A DNA stretch of 63,931 nucleotides, the filler included, from Vicugna vicugna (lineage: Eukaryota): the NCBI GenBank assembly GCA_013265495.1. It is 84 parts of 79 records of this genome, joined end to end, with 100 filler letters (N's around TTAATTAATTAA, not from the genome) between each part and the next. Parts side by side here need not be neighbours in the genome. Positions count along the whole stretch, not along the records: positions 62,446 to 62,965 come from MU057574.1; positions 63,066 to 63,631 come from PNXW01000854.1; positions 63,732 to 63,931 come from PNXW01000926.1; 81 more parts are not named here. One strand, written 5' to 3'. Within the stretch, counting starts at the first letter, position 1. Each line of letters opens with the position of its first letter. The notes beneath the pieces were generated by a model, which did no database searches, had not been told where the DNA came from, and saw only the letters and a list, made by a program, of their open reading frames with translations. Shown here piece after piece: positions 62,446 through 63,931 of this stretch. Both the position numbers and the translations under genes were made by a program.

Positions 62446-62965
62446 TGTGAAAGCCGTCCTTCACCTAGCTTGTTGGGAACACGAAGTTTCCCTTCAGTTG
62501 CAAACACCACTCCATACATATACAGGGGGAGGTACAAGCTCCAACTCGGGTTTACAGTGAAAACTGCAGGAACTTCAAACCGGCACTAGGAAACAGACTG
62601 AGAAACCAGAGTAAGTGTTTCTCCTGCAACCTGTTCCCTTTGTGCTAGATGAACGAACGTCTCTCCACATGCTCNNNNNNNNNNNNNNNNNNNNNNNNNN
62701 NNNNNNNNNNNNNNNNNNNNNNNNNNNNNNNNNNNNNNNNNNNNNNNNNNNNNNNNNNNNNNNNNNNNNNNNNNNNNNNNNNNNNNNNNNNNNNNNNNNN
62801 NNNNNNNNNNNNNNNNNNNNNNACCGGCACTAGGAAACAGACTGAGAAACCAGAGTAAGTGTTTCTCCTGCAACCTGATCCCTTTGTGCTAGATGAACGA
62901 ACGTCTCTCCTCATGTTAGATTTTGAGAGTTAAGCGTGTGTAAAAGCCGTCCTTCATCTAGCTTG
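62446..62965 (-). repeat. Satellite E
   Basis: Reverse complement of the 48089-48931 motifs. Confidence 0.9.
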
Positions 62966-63065
62966 NNNNNNNNNNNNNNNNNNNNNNNNNNNNNNNNNNN
63001 NNNNNNNNNTTAATTAATTAANNNNNNNNNNNNNNNNNNNNNNNNNNNNNNNNNNNNNNNNNNNN

Positions 63066-63631
63066 AGTTTGACTTCGTAGCTTCTTCCTATCACCAGTTT
63101 GAAAAATCACCCTTTGATCATAAAAAAAATCCTCTTGGAATGAATTCTACCCTAGAGATATTCAATTTGAATAGATTCCATCAACATGATATTCCGTGTT
63201 CCGTACATGCTTCATGCATGACGGACTTGACAAACATGCATTCCTGATTTGAGAGCATGTGGATTACGGATCTTCCATCTTCTATAAATGGCATATTTTC
63301 TTCTAAACTCGTGTACTCATTTTCACAAGCTCTCCCAAAAAGCAGTTTCAAATTCGTACATTTTTCACAGAAAAATACTTCTGGAGCGATTTACACCTTA
63401 CAGTTATGTAATTTACATGATATTCATCATCATGGCATTCCGGGTTCCATATATGCTACATGCATGACTGATTCGACAATCATGAGCTTCTGAGTTGTGA
63501 GCATGTGGTTTAGTTAACTTTCGTCCAACAGAACAAGGCATATATACACTTAGAAATATTTATTGTGACTTCATATGTTTTTTTCTTTCACCAGATTCTA
63601 AAATCGGACATTTGGCACCAGAAAAAAATCT
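63066..63631 (+). repeat. Satellite D (three subtypes in order)
   Basis: ATGCATGAC at 63214 and 63460 (246 bp). Confidence 0.9.
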
Positions 63632-63731
63632 NNNNNNNNNNNNNNNNNNNNNNNNNNNNNNNNNNNNNNNNNNNNTTAATTAATTAANNNNNNNNNNNNN
63701 NNNNNNNNNNNNNNNNNNNNNNNNNNNNNNN

Positions 63732-63931
63732 CCTAAGCTCTCTCCTCTGGGGGATTTCCTATTGTCTCTGTGCCAGGGATTGCTAGGGGTGTTTGCAAGA
63801 CATCCCAGTGTCAGAGTCTGCATCCCCAATGTAAGGGAAGTTATTTCTCGGACTTCCCCGAACAGGGAACACCTGTGACTGAAGAGAGCTGCGTGGAGTT
63901 GTCTCTCGAGCTCCCCCACGCACTGACAATG
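63732..63931 (-). repeat. Satellite A
   Basis: Diagnostic motifs; runs off the window end. Confidence 0.93.

Noticed and set aside
577..63687. Regularly recurring TTAATTAATTAA between unique pieces, superficially like a CRISPR or cassette array
   Set aside because: Always embedded in exactly 44 N on each side; it is an artificial six-frame-stop linker.

Overview
This window is not a contiguous locus. It is about 84 small unplaced scaffolds (about 0.1-1.5 kb) from a mammalian genome, joined by an artificial 100-bp spacer (N44-TTAATTAATTAA-N44, stop codons in all six frames), so adjacency across spacers has no biological meaning. The tRNA-derived Vic-1-like SINEs and artiodactyl-type LINE-1s point to a camelid (alpaca, llama or camel; inference). 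Most pieces are repeats: a homogeneous 267-bp GC-rich satellite (A); an older, homologous 267-bp satellite built of higher-order repeats (B); a heptamer-based AT-rich satellite with a 189-bp (27x7) higher-order unit (C); two mutually homologous ~246-249-bp satellites (D, a ~740-bp trimer, and E); a GGA-containing macrosatellite; and two unidentified multicopy units. L1, L2, MIR, SINE, Tigger2 and ERV1 fragments are also present. The gene-related pieces are the CpG-island first coding exon of TVP23B (MLQQ|gt), a disrupted DUXC/DUX4-like C-terminal fragment (SLLDELL) carrying a consensus CTCF site, and an unidentified CpG-island promoter with a 34-bp inverted repeat. No complete gene, rRNA, tRNA or CRISPR array is present. 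Letters A-G are my labels and satellite strands are arbitrary conventions.
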